Notes: a model not told the origin generated them from the letters alone. Positions 37,112 through 47,093 are shown, counted from the stretch's first letter. The stretch: 64,000 nt of DNA from an uncultured Candidatus Saccharibacteria bacterium (GCA_964613485.1 CAZTHB010000001.1:21064-85063); one strand, 5' to 3'. Translations and numbers: made by a program.

Positions 37112-39103
37112 CTAGCGTGGTTGTTTCCCAACGGTAAAATACCACTTCAAAGTGTCACGCACTGCTGGCAAAGCAAATTCAGCTCCTTCCCCTGAATTTT
37201 CGACCAAAGCCACCACCAAGATCTCAGGATTGTCACTCGGCGCAAACGCTTCAAACCATGCATGTGGTTTAGTGCGAGGATTTTTGCCATCGAAGCCTTC
37301 AGAGCTCGTCTCGGCAGTACCGGTCTTGCCGCTCACTGGCACTGGCACCTCCCGATTCATCGAACAGCAACCCGTACCCTCAAGAACGGTCAGGCGCATA
37401 CCTTGGTTCACGATATCGATGTTTGCCTGACTAATAAACCCTTCTCGAACTACCTGTGGCTTCACTTCTCGGACCACCGCACCGTGTTGATCAACCACTG
37501 CACTTACCATGTGCGGCTGCATGATTTTACCGCCATTCGCAAATGCGCTCAACGCAACTGCAAGCTGCAATGGGGATACGCGCAAGTCATCTTGGCCGAT
37601 CGAGATATTATACGTATTTCCCGTACCCCATTCCTCGCCAGTCTGCTGCTTGCGCTTCTCCGGAGTCGGTACATACCCAATAGCCTCATCACCGCTATCA
37701 AGTCCTGTCTTACGGCCAAAGCCAAAAAGATCGTAATACTTCAGCAGGCGTGCTGCCCCCAACCCCTTAAAGTCTTTGTAGCCACCGCCGATATAATAGA
37801 AAAACACATCGGAGCTAAATGAAATTGCCCGATACACATTCACAAGACCCAACCCTTCTGGCTTCCAGCCCTTGAATGTATAAACTATCGAAGGATCATA
37901 AATATTCGCGACATCAATCTTGCCAGTATCATTAATTGTCGTACTGGGCGTAATCACCCCCTCTTGGAGGGCGATTGCTGAAACCATCGGTTTAATCGTT
38001 GAACCAATAGGGTACCCTCCGGCAGCAACTTTGTTAAAAAGTGGCCTATCGGTATTTGCAACTAAGGCTGAATACTCTGCCTGCTTGATCCCTTTTGCAA
38101 ATAGGTTTGTGTCATATGTCGGGAGATTTACCGCTGCCAAGATCTCGCCTGTTTTTGGGTTCATAGCAACACCAGCTGCACGAGTACTTCCAGCCGCTGT
38201 CATATATTTAGTAAGACTCTCAGCCATAACCTTCTCAAGCCCAAAATCAATACTTAATCGCAACGAGTTCCCGGGACTTGCATCTTTACTTGCCAATACT
38301 TTTATCGGCTTACCAGTGGAGTCTACTTCTGTCTGCTCCGCTCCATCCTTTCCCCGCAGGTCATTTTCATAGGCTCGTTCGATCCCAAGCTTACCTATGT
38401 AATCAGTTTGCTGATAGGTTGGGTGGGTTTTCAAATCTTCGGCCGAGACCCGCCCCGTATAACCAAGAAAATGCGCGAGATAACCCTGATCAACATACTC
38501 TCGCACCGGATTAGTATCGAGATTTATACCCTGCAGCTCATTGATATTTTCTTCGATCGACAAGGCGACATCTCGCTCTACATTTGGCTGAATAAGTACG
38601 GGCGATGGGGACTGTCGACCGTCTTTCTCTATAAAAGTACGTATGTCCTCAATAGGCTTTTGCAAGATTTGACTCAGCTTCGCGTAAACAGGGTCTCGAT
38701 CCTGAGGTTTTTTAGGCATACGTGCGGGTACAGCAACTAAATCGAAGTTTGCGACATTACGTGCTAGTAATGTACCGTTACGATCATATATAGCGCCACG
38801 TGGTGCGCGCAAAACAGTCTGACGCACGCGATTGCCGTCAGCCAAAGCTTGGTAGCGTGATCCCTGAATGAGCTGCAGTTGAGCAAGTTGAGCAAGGAGA
38901 ATGATGGCCACCAACGACACCGCTGCGATAAACCAACGAATATATCCTGACTGCATCGTCTGCTCCGATGCGACTGATTCACCGCTGCCTGGTAGGACTG
39001 CTTGTGACCAGGTTTCACTACCTTGAATTGCTAGCTCATGCTTATTGCGTGGTCGCTTGAGAACTAGCTTACTCGATGTGTTACCAAAGATTGCTCGTTT
39101 GAT
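37112..39103 (-). CDS. mrdA: Penicillin-binding protein 2; start probably ATC 39103 (track start ATG 38956)
   Basis: APRGAIYDRNG, GSTIK (SxxK), SSD, KTGT; follows mreBCD. Confidence 0.95.
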   Translation of the reverse strand: MKRAIFGNTSSKLVLKRPRNKHELAIQGSETWSQAVLPGSGESVASEQTMQSGYIRWFIAAVSLVAIILLAQLAQLQLIQGSRYQALADGNRVRQTVLRAPRGAIYDRNGTLLARNVANFDLVAVPARMPKKPQDRDPVYAKLSQILQKPIEDIRTFIEKDGRQSPSPVLIQPNVERDVALSIEENINELQGINLDTNPVREYVDQGYLAHFLGYTGRVSAEDLKTHPTYQQTDYIGKLGIERAYENDLRGKDGAEQTEVDSTGKPIKVLASKDASPGNSLRLSIDFGLEKVMAESLTKYMTAAGSTRAAGVAMNPKTGEILAAVNLPTYDTNLFAKGIKQAEYSALVANTDRPLFNKVAAGGYPIGSTIKPMVSAIALQEGVITPSTTINDTGKIDVANIYDPSIVYTFKGWKPEGLGLVNVYRAISFSSDVFFYYIGGGYKDFKGLGAARLLKYYDLFGFGRKTGLDSGDEAIGYVPTPEKRKQQTGEEWGTGNTYNISIGQDDLRVSPLQLAVALSAFANGGKIMQPHMVSAVVDQHGAVVREVKPQVVREGFISQANIDIVNQGMRLTVLEGTGCCSMNREVPVPVSGKTGTAETSSEGFDGKNPRTKPHAWFEAFAPSDNPEILVVALVENSGEGAEFALPAVRDTLKWYFTVGKQPR

Positions 39104-39122
39104 GCGCGCCCCTCCTTCTTGA

Positions 39123-39623
39123 CTATAATCTCGGTAGTTTGTACTGACCTACCGTTTCGCGTCCCGCAAAAAGAATAAAGTACCCGAACGCGATACTGGC
39201 TACATTATACACGCTCTCGACAGCAGCGCGCGCCATTACCGTCACAATACCACTAGCCAACACCGAACTCGATAACGCAAGGGTTGTAGCAAGGTTATAA
39301 GCAAGCGTGATACAAATCCCCAGCACTATCAATAAACCAGCCTGACTCGTCTCGCTCGCTTGACGAAGCACGACTTTACCAACCAATACAATCAACAAGC
39401 ATGTGATAATCTGTGTGCCAGTTGGCGTAAGAGCAGCTACTTCAAGCACAATCCCAAGACTAATCGCATAGATTGCCAGATCCTCAAAACTCCAGCGATT
39501 GAGCAGCACTACCAGCGTGACGATCGCGAGGTTTGGCACAACCGCGTGAGGGCTTAACCCGTGCAAACTAATCTGTATGCAGCCCACGAATACTGCTAAT
39601 AATATGACGCCAAATCGCCGCAT
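39123..39623 (-). CDS. mreD: Rod shape-determining protein MreD
   Basis: Hydrophobic multi-TM protein between mreC and pbp2; VPNLAIV. Confidence 0.75.
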   Translation of the reverse strand: MRRFGVILLAVFVGCIQISLHGLSPHAVVPNLAIVTLVVLLNRWSFEDLAIYAISLGIVLEVAALTPTGTQIITCLLIVLVGKVVLRQASETSQAGLLIVLGICITLAYNLATTLALSSSVLASGIVTVMARAAVESVYNVASIAFGYFILFAGRETVGQYKLPRL

Positions 39624-39626
39624 CAG

Positions 39627-40421
39627 CTACGGCGCCTTCACTACAAAAGCGACTTCGAGGCGAGCAAAGTTGAGTGCCGACTTCACGCTCGCAGCTTGAA
39701 ATACTTCATTATCACTTTGCGCAATCGAATCAACCGATCCTATCAGGAGTCCCCTGGGAATCTTATCTGAGCCCGCCGTCAATACATTCTCTCCCCGATC
39801 AATCTTTTCGCTCTGCGCAATCTGTTCAAATCGTAAGCCACTACCAAGCTGTCCTCTCAAAATACCCCGGGCGCGCTCAGTCTGACTGATGGCTTGAACA
39901 CGGAATTCTGGATCTGTCACTAGAAATACCACCGCCGAATGATCTTGCACGCGAGCGACTTTGCCAATAAATATCCCCGAGCTGACCACCGCCTGATCAA
40001 CCTGCACCCCGTCTACACTTCCTCGATCGATCACAAGAGCATGGCGAATATTATCTGGTTCATAGGCGGTAATGCTCGCGCCAATCAACGACAAACCCTG
40101 TTGCTTCTGGAAATTAAGCTGTTCTCTAAGAAGCCCATTCTCATGTTCGACCTCTTTGAGCCGACTCATTTCTGACTGCTGTTCGGTCAATTGACGCTCA
40201 AGGCGTTTATTATCCCCAGACAGCCTGCCGAGCGAGAAGAGAGTATTCCACCCATCACCAATACCACGAAACACCCCGCTCAGCGTGCGTGTAATCGGAG
40301 TCGTGATCGTATCGACTACGATACCAATCGGACGCCACAACCCTGTCACCTGCAATATGGTCACGAGACCAGCCACAACTAAAGCTCCTAGGATCGCAAA
40401 CCTGATATTTCGATGCTGCAT
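39627..40421 (-). CDS. mreC: Rod shape-determining protein MreC
   Basis: TM, coiled coil (ENGLLREQL), IDRGSVDGV, IGKV, PRGLLIG. Confidence 0.93.
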   Translation of the reverse strand: MQHRNIRFAILGALVVAGLVTILQVTGLWRPIGIVVDTITTPITRTLSGVFRGIGDGWNTLFSLGRLSGDNKRLERQLTEQQSEMSRLKEVEHENGLLREQLNFQKQQGLSLIGASITAYEPDNIRHALVIDRGSVDGVQVDQAVVSSGIFIGKVARVQDHSAVVFLVTDPEFRVQAISQTERARGILRGQLGSGLRFEQIAQSEKIDRGENVLTAGSDKIPRGLLIGSVDSIAQSDNEVFQAASVKSALNFARLEVAFVVKAP

Positions 40422-40459
40422 TATCCCTCCAGAATACGCGATTAATATTGTGATTTGGC

Positions 40460-41530
40460 TTAGCGTGGTGTTTTTTCGTATTGAGTCGTCACGAGCACAT
40501 CCTTAAGTACATCGATGTCCTCGAGAACCGCCCCCGTACCTCGCGCAACAGCCGTCAAAGGATCATCCGCGATTACTACCGGCATCTTGGTCTGGGTAGT
40601 TAATAGCTTGTCTAGGCCACGCAAGAGCGCACCACCACCAGCTAAATACACCCCCTTATCCATAATATCTGCGATGAGCTCTGGCGGAGTTTCTTCGATT
40701 GTATCCTTCACGGCATTCACGATCGCCTTAACTGACTTTGATAACGCTACACGCACCTGATCAGAATTGATGATCACTTCTTTCGGCAACCCCGTCACAA
40801 TGTCACGCCCGCGTATCGGTGCTTCGAGCATAGTATCAAGGTCGGTAGCAGAACCAACTGAAATCTTGATCGCTTCAGCGGTGCGTTCGCCTACTTGTAA
40901 ATTAAATTCTTCCTTCGCATACGCGATAATGTCTTCGGTGAGCTCATCCCCGGCGATGCGAATCGAACGAGACGCCACTATGCCACCGAGAGAGATAACC
41001 GCCACTTCACTCGTGCCACCACCAATGTCGACTATCATACTACCGGCTGCGTCATGTACAGGCATACCCGATCCGACTGCTGCCGCCATCGGCTCTTCGA
41101 TCAGATAAGCTGCACGCGCACCCGCATTCATCGCAGCATCTTCTACGGCACGTTTTTCGACCTCAGTTACTCCCGACGGAATCCCGATCACCACTCGCGG
41201 TCGCGGGATAAGGACAAAGTTGTCTTTATGAACCTTATCGATGAAGTACTTGAGCATCTGCTCAGTGACCTCAAAGTCCGAGACTACACCGTCAACAAGC
41301 GGCCGATTTGCTACGATATTGGCCGGCGTCTTGCCTACCATACGCTTGGCTTCATCGCCGATGGCGAGAATTTGCTTGGTCTTCGTATTGATCGCAACTA
41401 CACTCGGCTCATTAATCACGATGCCCTTCCCGCGCACATACACCAAAGTATTAGCTGTCCCCAAATCGATACCTATATCGTGAGACAGCCGCCCAAACAA
41501 ATGTGAAAAAGGAAGACGGGGCAGTTGCAT
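40460..41530 (-). CDS. mreB: Rod shape-determining protein MreB (operonic copy)
   Basis: GIDLGTANTLVY, EEPMAAA, DIGGGTSE. Confidence 0.97.
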   Translation of the reverse strand: MQLPRLPFSHLFGRLSHDIGIDLGTANTLVYVRGKGIVINEPSVVAINTKTKQILAIGDEAKRMVGKTPANIVANRPLVDGVVSDFEVTEQMLKYFIDKVHKDNFVLIPRPRVVIGIPSGVTEVEKRAVEDAAMNAGARAAYLIEEPMAAAVGSGMPVHDAAGSMIVDIGGGTSEVAVISLGGIVASRSIRIAGDELTEDIIAYAKEEFNLQVGERTAEAIKISVGSATDLDTMLEAPIRGRDIVTGLPKEVIINSDQVRVALSKSVKAIVNAVKDTIEETPPELIADIMDKGVYLAGGGALLRGLDKLLTTQTKMPVVIADDPLTAVARGTGAVLEDIDVLKDVLVTTQYEKTPR

Positions 41531-41580
41531 ACTTATTCTCCAGTCTACCTGGTATCAGGAGTGGCTACAAGGCATCTGCT

Positions 41581-42330
41581 CTAATTCGGTATCTGTAAAA
41601 TAAACCAAAAAGCGATTGCATTATTCAGCATATGAAGCAAAATGCCCGGATAGAGACTCTGACTCCTCTGATATAGCCAGGCAAGTAGCAGTCCGAGCAA
41701 AAAAGTATAAATACCGACGTTAAGCTGCCCGTGCAGCCACCCAAAAGCCGCCGAAGAAACGACCGCTGCAAGCCATATCGGCCAACGCGACGCCAGCGCT
41801 CGGAACATAATCCCCCTAAATATCAATTCCTCCACAACCGGTGCAATACCAACTGCCGCAATGAAGCTAGCCACGACCGCCCAGTGCGTCTTACCAAAGC
41901 CCAACACATCCTGAGCCTGATCAAGATTTGTGGACGGACTCACCACCTGTATCACGGTAAAAACCACTACCACCAACATCATCTGTGCGATATACAATCC
42001 GAGCACAGCAAAAATCCAGCCCCAATGGAAGCGCTGCAAGCCGAGATCCTGGATGCGAAGCTTGCGCCAGCGCATTAACCCGACAATAATGCCGACCTCA
42101 ATAGCGAGCGCTACAGCATATTGCACGAACGCAGCAAATGGATCATCGCGGACAAATATCCTACCCATCGACATTGATATAAAGCCGGCCCTACCGAATA
42201 GATAGACAGCGATCGCAACCACGAGTGGCAACACTGCTACACCTAGATATGCGATCAGTGCATCAATCGGCCGCCATGAGCCATGAGTGCGCTGAACCTG
42301 CATAGCGGGCTGTGACATTACTAACGCCAA
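41581..42330 (-). CDS. CPBP (CAAX/Abi) intramembrane metalloprotease
   Basis: EELIFRG, FGWLH, HMLNN. Confidence 0.9.
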   Translation of the reverse strand: MALVMSQPAMQVQRTHGSWRPIDALIAYLGVAVLPLVVAIAVYLFGRAGFISMSMGRIFVRDDPFAAFVQYAVALAIEVGIIVGLMRWRKLRIQDLGLQRFHWGWIFAVLGLYIAQMMLVVVVFTVIQVVSPSTNLDQAQDVLGFGKTHWAVVASFIAAVGIAPVVEELIFRGIMFRALASRWPIWLAAVVSSAAFGWLHGQLNVGIYTFLLGLLLAWLYQRSQSLYPGILLHMLNNAIAFWFILQIPN

Positions 42331-43403
42331 ATTCGGGAGATGTCAGAGATAGCCACGACAATTCCGAGCGCCATCAAAGCAACGAAACCAATAGTGTGAG
42401 CCCAGGACTCGTGGTGATCACCCATAGGGACGCCCACCTTGCGTAAGAGAATTACCGCCAAGCGACCACCATCGAGGGCCGGGATTGGCAGTGCATTGAG
42501 AATACCAAGTGAGAGAGAAATCGAAGCAACCAGAGCCACAAAGTAGTCCCAGCCAAACTTGATAACTTGCGGCGCGGCGGCGGCAATACCGATTGGCCCC
42601 ACCAAGCCATCATTTACCTTGGCTGTAGTAAATATTTGCCAGATAGAGCTGAAGAACATCGGTACCGATACAGCAATCGTCTTCCACATCAAAGCTAAAC
42701 TCGCCAATGGTGCCGCCCACCACACGTAGCGCTCCTTTTGCTGCGAAATTGCTGCGACCCCAAGAATCCCCTTGTCTGCATCTGCCCCAAGTGTCACAGT
42801 CGCTGACTTGACCTCACCACTACGCTCATATTCCACGGCAACCGTTTGTCCGGCTCGTTCCCGAGTAGCGGCCCGCAGCTCTTCTTCGGTCTGCGGAGAT
42901 ACCGTATCAATGCGCTTCATGGTATCGCCATTTTGTAACCCCGCTCTATCGGCAGCAGAATCAGGATTTACCGAATAAACCACCAGGCGATTTGGGCCTG
43001 CAGCGATCGGCTGAATAGCACCCATACGAGGTAGATCAAACGGAAAAATATTTGCCATGCCCACTATACACAAGATCGTAAACAGCACCCATGCAATCAA
43101 GAAATTCATCGTGACGCCTGCCATGAGCACTTTCGTCTTCACCCAGACTGACTTGACCGCAAAACTATCCTTGGCGCGGCTTTCATTTTCTTCCCCTTCG
43201 AGACGCACAAACCCGCCAAGCGGCAGCCAGTTTATTGTGTACTCAGTCTCACCACGCTTGAAGCCGAATGCCTTAGGCGGAAACCCGATGCCAAACTCAT
43301 GCACCTTGATACCATTTCGTTTCGCTACGATGAAATGGCCGAATTCATGCGCGATCACCAGCGCTGAAAAGGCAAATATAACAAGCAGAATCATCCAGAC
43401 CAT
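42321..43403 (-). CDS. rseP: RIP metalloprotease RseP (M50, PDZ)
   Basis: HEFGH, PLGGFVRL, NALPIPALDGG. Confidence 0.93.
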   Translation of the reverse strand: MVWMILLVIFAFSALVIAHEFGHFIVAKRNGIKVHEFGIGFPPKAFGFKRGETEYTINWLPLGGFVRLEGEENESRAKDSFAVKSVWVKTKVLMAGVTMNFLIAWVLFTILCIVGMANIFPFDLPRMGAIQPIAAGPNRLVVYSVNPDSAADRAGLQNGDTMKRIDTVSPQTEEELRAATRERAGQTVAVEYERSGEVKSATVTLGADADKGILGVAAISQQKERYVWWAAPLASLALMWKTIAVSVPMFFSSIWQIFTTAKVNDGLVGPIGIAAAAPQVIKFGWDYFVALVASISLSLGILNALPIPALDGGRLAVILLRKVGVPMGDHHESWAHTIGFVALMALGIVVAISDISRIWR

Positions 43404-43487
43404 ATATACATAGTATATACGAAAAAATGAAAACTGACTGAGAGCTATTTCTCAGCCAGTGTGTACTCACTTGTTATCTGTACGTCT

Positions 43488-43904
43488 TTAGTCGGACACT
43501 TCGGGATATTGATCTGGACGATCGAGGTAGTATTGCAGCCACGGACTGTCTTCCGGCACAGTTACGGTATCAATGAAATACCGCTCACGGAATTTCCCCC
43601 GTTTGAGACTCTTGCGAACTTTTGCCGAATTGAGTTGCCTCCGCGTAAGCCGTCGCAAGACGAGAATGTCGTCGATGATTGCCTCGAGATCTCCGAGCTC
43701 ACTCAATAGCTCATCGTCGGACGTATCGCCTATCTTCGCTGCCTCTGATGCCTCTTCTACTAACTTTATAAGCAGCGTACGCAGATACCGCTCATTATCT
43801 TCCAGAATCTCGAACGCCACCTCATCACCATCTGCCAGCATCTCGGGCACGATCTTGTCACGAACCAATTTGCCATATCGAAAGGTACGCCCTTTGTTTT
43901 TCAT
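43488..43904 (-). CDS. MazG-like nucleoside triphosphate pyrophosphohydrolase
   Basis: KLVRDKI, KLVEEASE, ELGDLEAII, KRGKF. Confidence 0.85.
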   Translation of the reverse strand: MKNKGRTFRYGKLVRDKIVPEMLADGDEVAFEILEDNERYLRTLLIKLVEEASEAAKIGDTSDDELLSELGDLEAIIDDILVLRRLTRRQLNSAKVRKSLKRGKFRERYFIDTVTVPEDSPWLQYYLDRPDQYPEVSD

Positions 43905-43917
43905 CTCTGCATAATAC

Positions 43918-43945
43918 CAAAAAGCCCCAGAATTTGGGGCTTTTG
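43918..43945 (-). terminator. Terminator after frr
   Basis: AAAAGCCCCA...TGGGGCTTTT. Confidence 0.8.
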
Positions 43946-43965
43946 CGTCGTTTTTGACTCAGATA

Positions 43966-44523
43966 TTAGACAGTCATCAGTTCTTGCTTCTTTTCATCGT
44001 GAAGCTTCAGCGCATCAGCCTGGTACTTACGAATGAGTTCATCAAGCTGTTTTTCAGTCTTGAAGTACTCGTCTTCAGGTATACTCCCATCTTCTTTGCC
44101 CTTCTTAGCATCCTTCAGCCCGTCATGACGAGCATTGCGCAAGCTGATATGACATTCTTCAAGCTTCTCTGCGATCAGTTTGACCAGACTCTGGCGACGC
44201 TCTTCGGTCATAGCAGGCATCTGCATACGCACCATCGTGCCGTCGGTGGCCGGACTCAAACCGAGCGCTTCATTCTCACGAATTGCCTTTTCTACAGCTG
44301 CAACATTCTGAGCATCCCACACCTGGATCTGAATCGTCTTCGGATCGGGCGCAGAAACAGTGCCAACCGCCTTAACTGGCATTTCTTGCCCATATACATT
44401 CACCGACAGAAAATCCACGAGTCCCGGATGTGCACGACCAGCTTGTACGTTTTTGAGCTCCCTATCGAAGTGCTCGAAAGAATCTTTCATGAGATTTTCA
44501 CTAGATTTGAGTATATCTTGCAT
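43966..44523 (-). CDS. frr: Ribosome recycling factor
   Basis: GRAHPGLV, PAMTEERR, LRNARHD. Confidence 0.95.
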   Translation of the reverse strand: MQDILKSSENLMKDSFEHFDRELKNVQAGRAHPGLVDFLSVNVYGQEMPVKAVGTVSAPDPKTIQIQVWDAQNVAAVEKAIRENEALGLSPATDGTMVRMQMPAMTEERRQSLVKLIAEKLEECHISLRNARHDGLKDAKKGKEDGSIPEDEYFKTEKQLDELIRKYQADALKLHDEKKQELMTV

Positions 44524-44541
44524 GGCTCTATTGTACGCCGA

Positions 44542-45126
44542 TTATTGACCGAGTTCGATACGAGTGAAGCGACGAACGACGATATTCTCACCAAGCTTAC
44601 CAATAACGCTCTTGACGTACTCATCAATAGTCATCGAGTCGTCCTTATAGAAGGGCTGCTCGAGCAAGCAAGCACCTGCTAGCCATTTATCAACTTTACC
44701 TTCGACGATCTTGCCGGCATGCTCAGCCGGCTTGCCAGATTCTTTGACTTCTTCTTCGAAGAGGCTTTTTTCTTTCGCCATAACCTCTTCTGACACTTCA
44801 TCACGCTTAACATACTGAGGACTCATAGCCGCGATGTGCAGAGCAAGCTCTTCGACAAGATTTTGAAAGTCTTCGGTCTTGACGACGAAATCTGTCTCAC
44901 AGTTTACCTCGACGAGTACGCCAATACGTCCACCATGGACATAGCTACCAATAAGCCCAGCGCCCGCAACACGATCAGCCTTCTTTTCAGCTTTTGCCAT
45001 ACCTTTCACACGCAGGATTTCTTGTGCTTTCTCGATATCGCCCCCGGCTTCGGTCAATGCTTCCTTAGCCTGCATCATGCCGGCGCCAGTCATCTCGCGC
45101 AGTTTCTTAATGTCTTCGATTGACAT
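44542..45126 (-). CDS. tsf: Elongation factor Ts (short form)
   Basis: IKKLREMTGAGMM, EVNCETDFV. Confidence 0.97.
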   Translation of the reverse strand: MSIEDIKKLREMTGAGMMQAKEALTEAGGDIEKAQEILRVKGMAKAEKKADRVAGAGLIGSYVHGGRIGVLVEVNCETDFVVKTEDFQNLVEELALHIAAMSPQYVKRDEVSEEVMAKEKSLFEEEVKESGKPAEHAGKIVEGKVDKWLAGACLLEQPFYKDDSMTIDEYVKSVIGKLGENIVVRRFTRIELGQ

Positions 45127-45133
45127 AGATTGA

Positions 45134-45925
45134 TTAACCCTCCTGCTCTTCAGTTTTTTCAGTGTCGTTATCTGATTTCGTCTTGGCTGCGTACGCTGCT
45201 GCGCCCTTAGCAGCCGCTTGTGCGATACGGTTCACAATCAGTGCAACAGACTTCACAGCGTCATCGTTTGCTGGTACAACATACTGCACACCTTCTGGAT
45301 TTGCATTTGTATCAGCAATTGCAATTACGGGGATATTGAGATGATTTGCTTCCTTGATTGCAATTGTCTCGCGCGGAATATCGATGATAAAGAGAGCTTC
45401 AGGCAATTGTGTTAGTTCTCGTACGCCGTTGAAGGTCTTTGAGAGTTTAGCAATCTCTTCGTCACGACGAAGACGCTCTTTCTTCGTCAACTTATCTGCA
45501 GCATCATCACGCTGAGCTTCGAGCTTCTTAAGGTGACGTAAGCGGCTCGAGATCGTTTCCCAGTTTGTGAGCATACCGCCCAACCAACGATGAGTTACGT
45601 AAGGCATACCAGCGTCCTGAGCTGCCTTTTCAACAACAGCCTTTGTCTGACGCTTAGTCGCGACAAACAGAACCGCCTTGCCTTGCTCAGTAAGCTGTTC
45701 GACAAACTTCTCAGCTTCTTTCAATCGAGTTTCGGTCTGAATCAGATCAATAATGTGGATACCATTACGAGCTGAGTGAATGAATGGTGACATCTTTGGG
45801 TGCCAGCGCTCAGTCTTGTGACCGAAGTGGACACCAGCTTGAAGGAGTTCCTGAAGCGCGCTTGCACTTGGAACAGTAGTTTTCTTGACGGCTGCCTTCT
45901 TCGGAGCCGTAGTTTTTGTTGGCAT
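45134..45925 (-). CDS. rpsB: 30S ribosomal protein S2
   Basis: AGVHFGH, WLGGMLTN, PANDDA; start ATG 45925 after AAGGA. Confidence 0.97.
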   Translation of the reverse strand: MPTKTTAPKKAAVKKTTVPSASALQELLQAGVHFGHKTERWHPKMSPFIHSARNGIHIIDLIQTETRLKEAEKFVEQLTEQGKAVLFVATKRQTKAVVEKAAQDAGMPYVTHRWLGGMLTNWETISSRLRHLKKLEAQRDDAADKLTKKERLRRDEEIAKLSKTFNGVRELTQLPEALFIIDIPRETIAIKEANHLNIPVIAIADTNANPEGVQYVVPANDDAVKSVALIVNRIAQAAAKGAAAYAAKTKSDNDTEKTEEQEG

Positions 45926-46010
45926 ATTGCTTCCTTTTCTCGTAGTAGCTCTTCCCAAGCGGGAGGAAGGTTTTGTGAGCTACTGAAAGATTAATTACTT
46001 TAGCCCACCT

Positions 46011-46039
46011 ATCTTATCCTATCTGTTGTAATCTGTCAA
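46011..46039 (-). promoter_or_regulatory. rpsB operon promoter
   Basis: TTGACA-17-TAAGAT. Confidence 0.65.
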
Positions 46040-46073
46040 TCATTCCAAAAGTACAGAAAGTAAGCATAAGGGC

Positions 46074-46102
46074 TTGACAATATAGGCAGATTAGCGTATT
46101 AT
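46074..46102 (+). promoter_or_regulatory. Rpf gene promoter
   Basis: TTGACA-17-TATTAT. Confidence 0.7.
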
Positions 46103-46268
46103 ACACGCCGTTCTCAAGAAATAGCGACCGTATCTGTTCGATAGGGTCTTTTTTCTTGGGAGGGTCCCTATAAAACGTTTTCTCCTGGCGACAGATAGAA
46201 AACACACGGTGACTCCTTCGGAGGGTGGAAAGGAGCAATGAACCAGTGAGCTCCGCGCTCACGATTCT

Positions 46269-46823
46269 ATGCGTACTATCCACACAGCTATGGCGGTTCT
46301 CGCCGTAGCTACACTACAGGTAACCACTCAGGTCGTGCACACTCCGGTTACCGTCCAGCTCCCTGCCCGCGTGGCACAAGCTGCGGCTTCGAGCACGCAC
46401 GCCCTCACCTTTACAACCAAATCTGCTACTCCCTTGAAGGTAGCTTCGACTGTACCGTCATTTGATGATGCTGTCGTGAAGCCCCTCAAGGCAAAACAGG
46501 AAGCTGATGCCAAGGCTAAGGCTGCCAAAAAGGTAGCCATCCGAGTTGCTACTACTATCAAGCGAACTCCTGTCATTATTGGCGGTGACGACGCTTTTGC
46601 GCAGTTGCGATTCTGTGAAGCCGGTGGTGACTACACCAAGAACACCGGTAACGGTTACTTTGGTGCCTACCAGTACAACCTGAGCACGTGGGCAAACTAT
46701 GGTGGCTTCGCGCGACCAGACCTTGCTCCACCTGAAGTTCAGGATGCCAAGGCCCGTGAGACTCAAGCCCGTCGTGGTTGGAGTCCATGGCCAGCTTGTG
46801 CCCGTAAGCTTGGTCTTTTATAA
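46269..46823 (+). CDS. Resuscitation-promoting factor (Rpf) family transglycosylase
   Basis: Signal-like N-terminus; LRFCEAGGDYTKNTGNGYFGAYQYNLSTW...GWSPWPAC Rpf domain with catalytic Glu. Confidence 0.92.
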   Translation: MRTIHTAMAVLAVATLQVTTQVVHTPVTVQLPARVAQAAASSTHALTFTTKSATPLKVASTVPSFDDAVVKPLKAKQEADAKAKAAKKVAIRVATTIKRTPVIIGGDDAFAQLRFCEAGGDYTKNTGNGYFGAYQYNLSTWANYGGFARPDLAPPEVQDAKARETQARRGWSPWPACARKLGLL

Positions 46824-46851
46824 GACGAGCAATCGAACACTTGGTTCAAAG

Positions 46852-46886
46852 CAAAACCCCCTTTCTCTCGAGATTGGGGGTTTTGT
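46852..46886 (+). terminator. Terminator after rpf
   Basis: CAAAACCCCC...GGGGGTTTTG. Confidence 0.8.
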
Positions 46887-47093
46887 GATGTAGTCACTGC
46901 CATACCCATCTCTCTTGACGGGTAGGCGTATAATTATACGTAAGCACTTTTCGAAAGAAATCGAGGTGTAATCGAACCTTCACCCGGGTTAAAAGGGGGA
47001 TTCTTTCGCACTCAAACCAGGCCCACTCTACGGCCAGGCACGATACAAAAGATCGAGTAATACCCGAAACAAGAACAAAAAAGGTGGAATCAC

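Noticed and set aside
46103-46268. c-di-AMP (ydaO) riboswitch upstream of rpf
   Set aside because: Conserved GCTGAA / GGAACCGGG / GTCAGCTAAC-like elements are not visible
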